Translations under genes and position numbers: made by a program
The notes under the pieces: model-generated
The model's input: the letters and a program-made list of their open reading frames with translations, nothing else
The model's database searches: none
Told to the model about the DNA's origin: nothing
Shown: positions 31,962 through 32,000 of the stretch, one piece after another
Position numbering within the stretch: the first letter of the stretch is position 1
How the letters are laid out: each line of letters opens with the position of its first letter
Assembly: GCF_000025685.1 (NCBI RefSeq)
Contig: NC_013967.1
Coordinates: 2,430,001 to 2,462,000, forward strand
Direction: 5' to 3'
Length of the DNA stretch: 32,000 nucleotides
Origin: Haloferax volcanii DS2
Lineage (GTDB): Archaea > Halobacteriota > Halobacteria > Halobacteriales > Haloferacaceae

Positions 31962-32000
31962 GTGCCCCCCGGTCGAACCGCGTCGTTTTTGCCCGCGACC

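Noticed and set aside
1-32000. Mobile element, provirus or defence island somewhere in the window
   Set aside because: I recognised no transposase, integrase, terminal inverted repeats, tRNA-flanked boundaries, restriction/toxin-antitoxin/cas-like genes or large compositional islands. Apart from the ~200-bp AT-rich spacer at 3906-4115, composition and gene content look like the conserved core chromosome.

Overview
GC-rich haloarchaeal chromosomal segment: acidic proteins, Arg-rich shadow ORFs on the antisense frames, and TATA-like boxes about 25-32 nt upstream of most start codons, which implies mostly leaderless genes. The HmgA and Icd protein sequences match my memory of Haloferax volcanii, so this is probably a Haloferax core-chromosome region (recollection, not a search). 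I can support about 30 protein-coding genes. In order they are: a partial MFS transporter; the nadC-nadB-nadA operon with overlapping stops and starts; an internally truncated amidohydrolase; hmgA; a small TM protein; a Zn-ribbon protein; a cupin; two tandem paralogous WWWD-motif membrane proteins; icd; a plant-type asparaginase/isoaspartyl peptidase with an internal 66-bp tandem duplication; an SDR; a hypothetical protein; a DsbA-like oxidoreductase; a start-less USP fragment; an orphan 2-oxoacid dehydrogenase operon (E1alpha, E1beta, free lipoyl domain); ppk1; a PrpE/ApaH-like metallophosphoesterase; map; an Ap4A-phosphorylase-like HIT protein; a CDF transporter; a Sec11-type signal peptidase; a GNAT; an MtaB-type methylthiotransferase; two translationally coupled Tat-lipoprotein beta-propellers; a CaCA antiporter broken by one in-frame TAG; deoC; a DUF63-like membrane protein; a PfkB kinase; and a membrane protein. 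I found no rRNA, tRNA, CRISPR array, transposase/integrase or recognisable defence island. The window reads as housekeeping sequence, so the hunt items are uncharacterised gene pairs, gene-decay events and small sequence structures, not one clear novel system. The best candidates for unexplored biology are the E1 plus free-lipoyl-domain operon, the WWWD membrane-protein pair, the ppk1/phosphoesterase/HIT neighbourhood and the TAG-interrupted antiporter.
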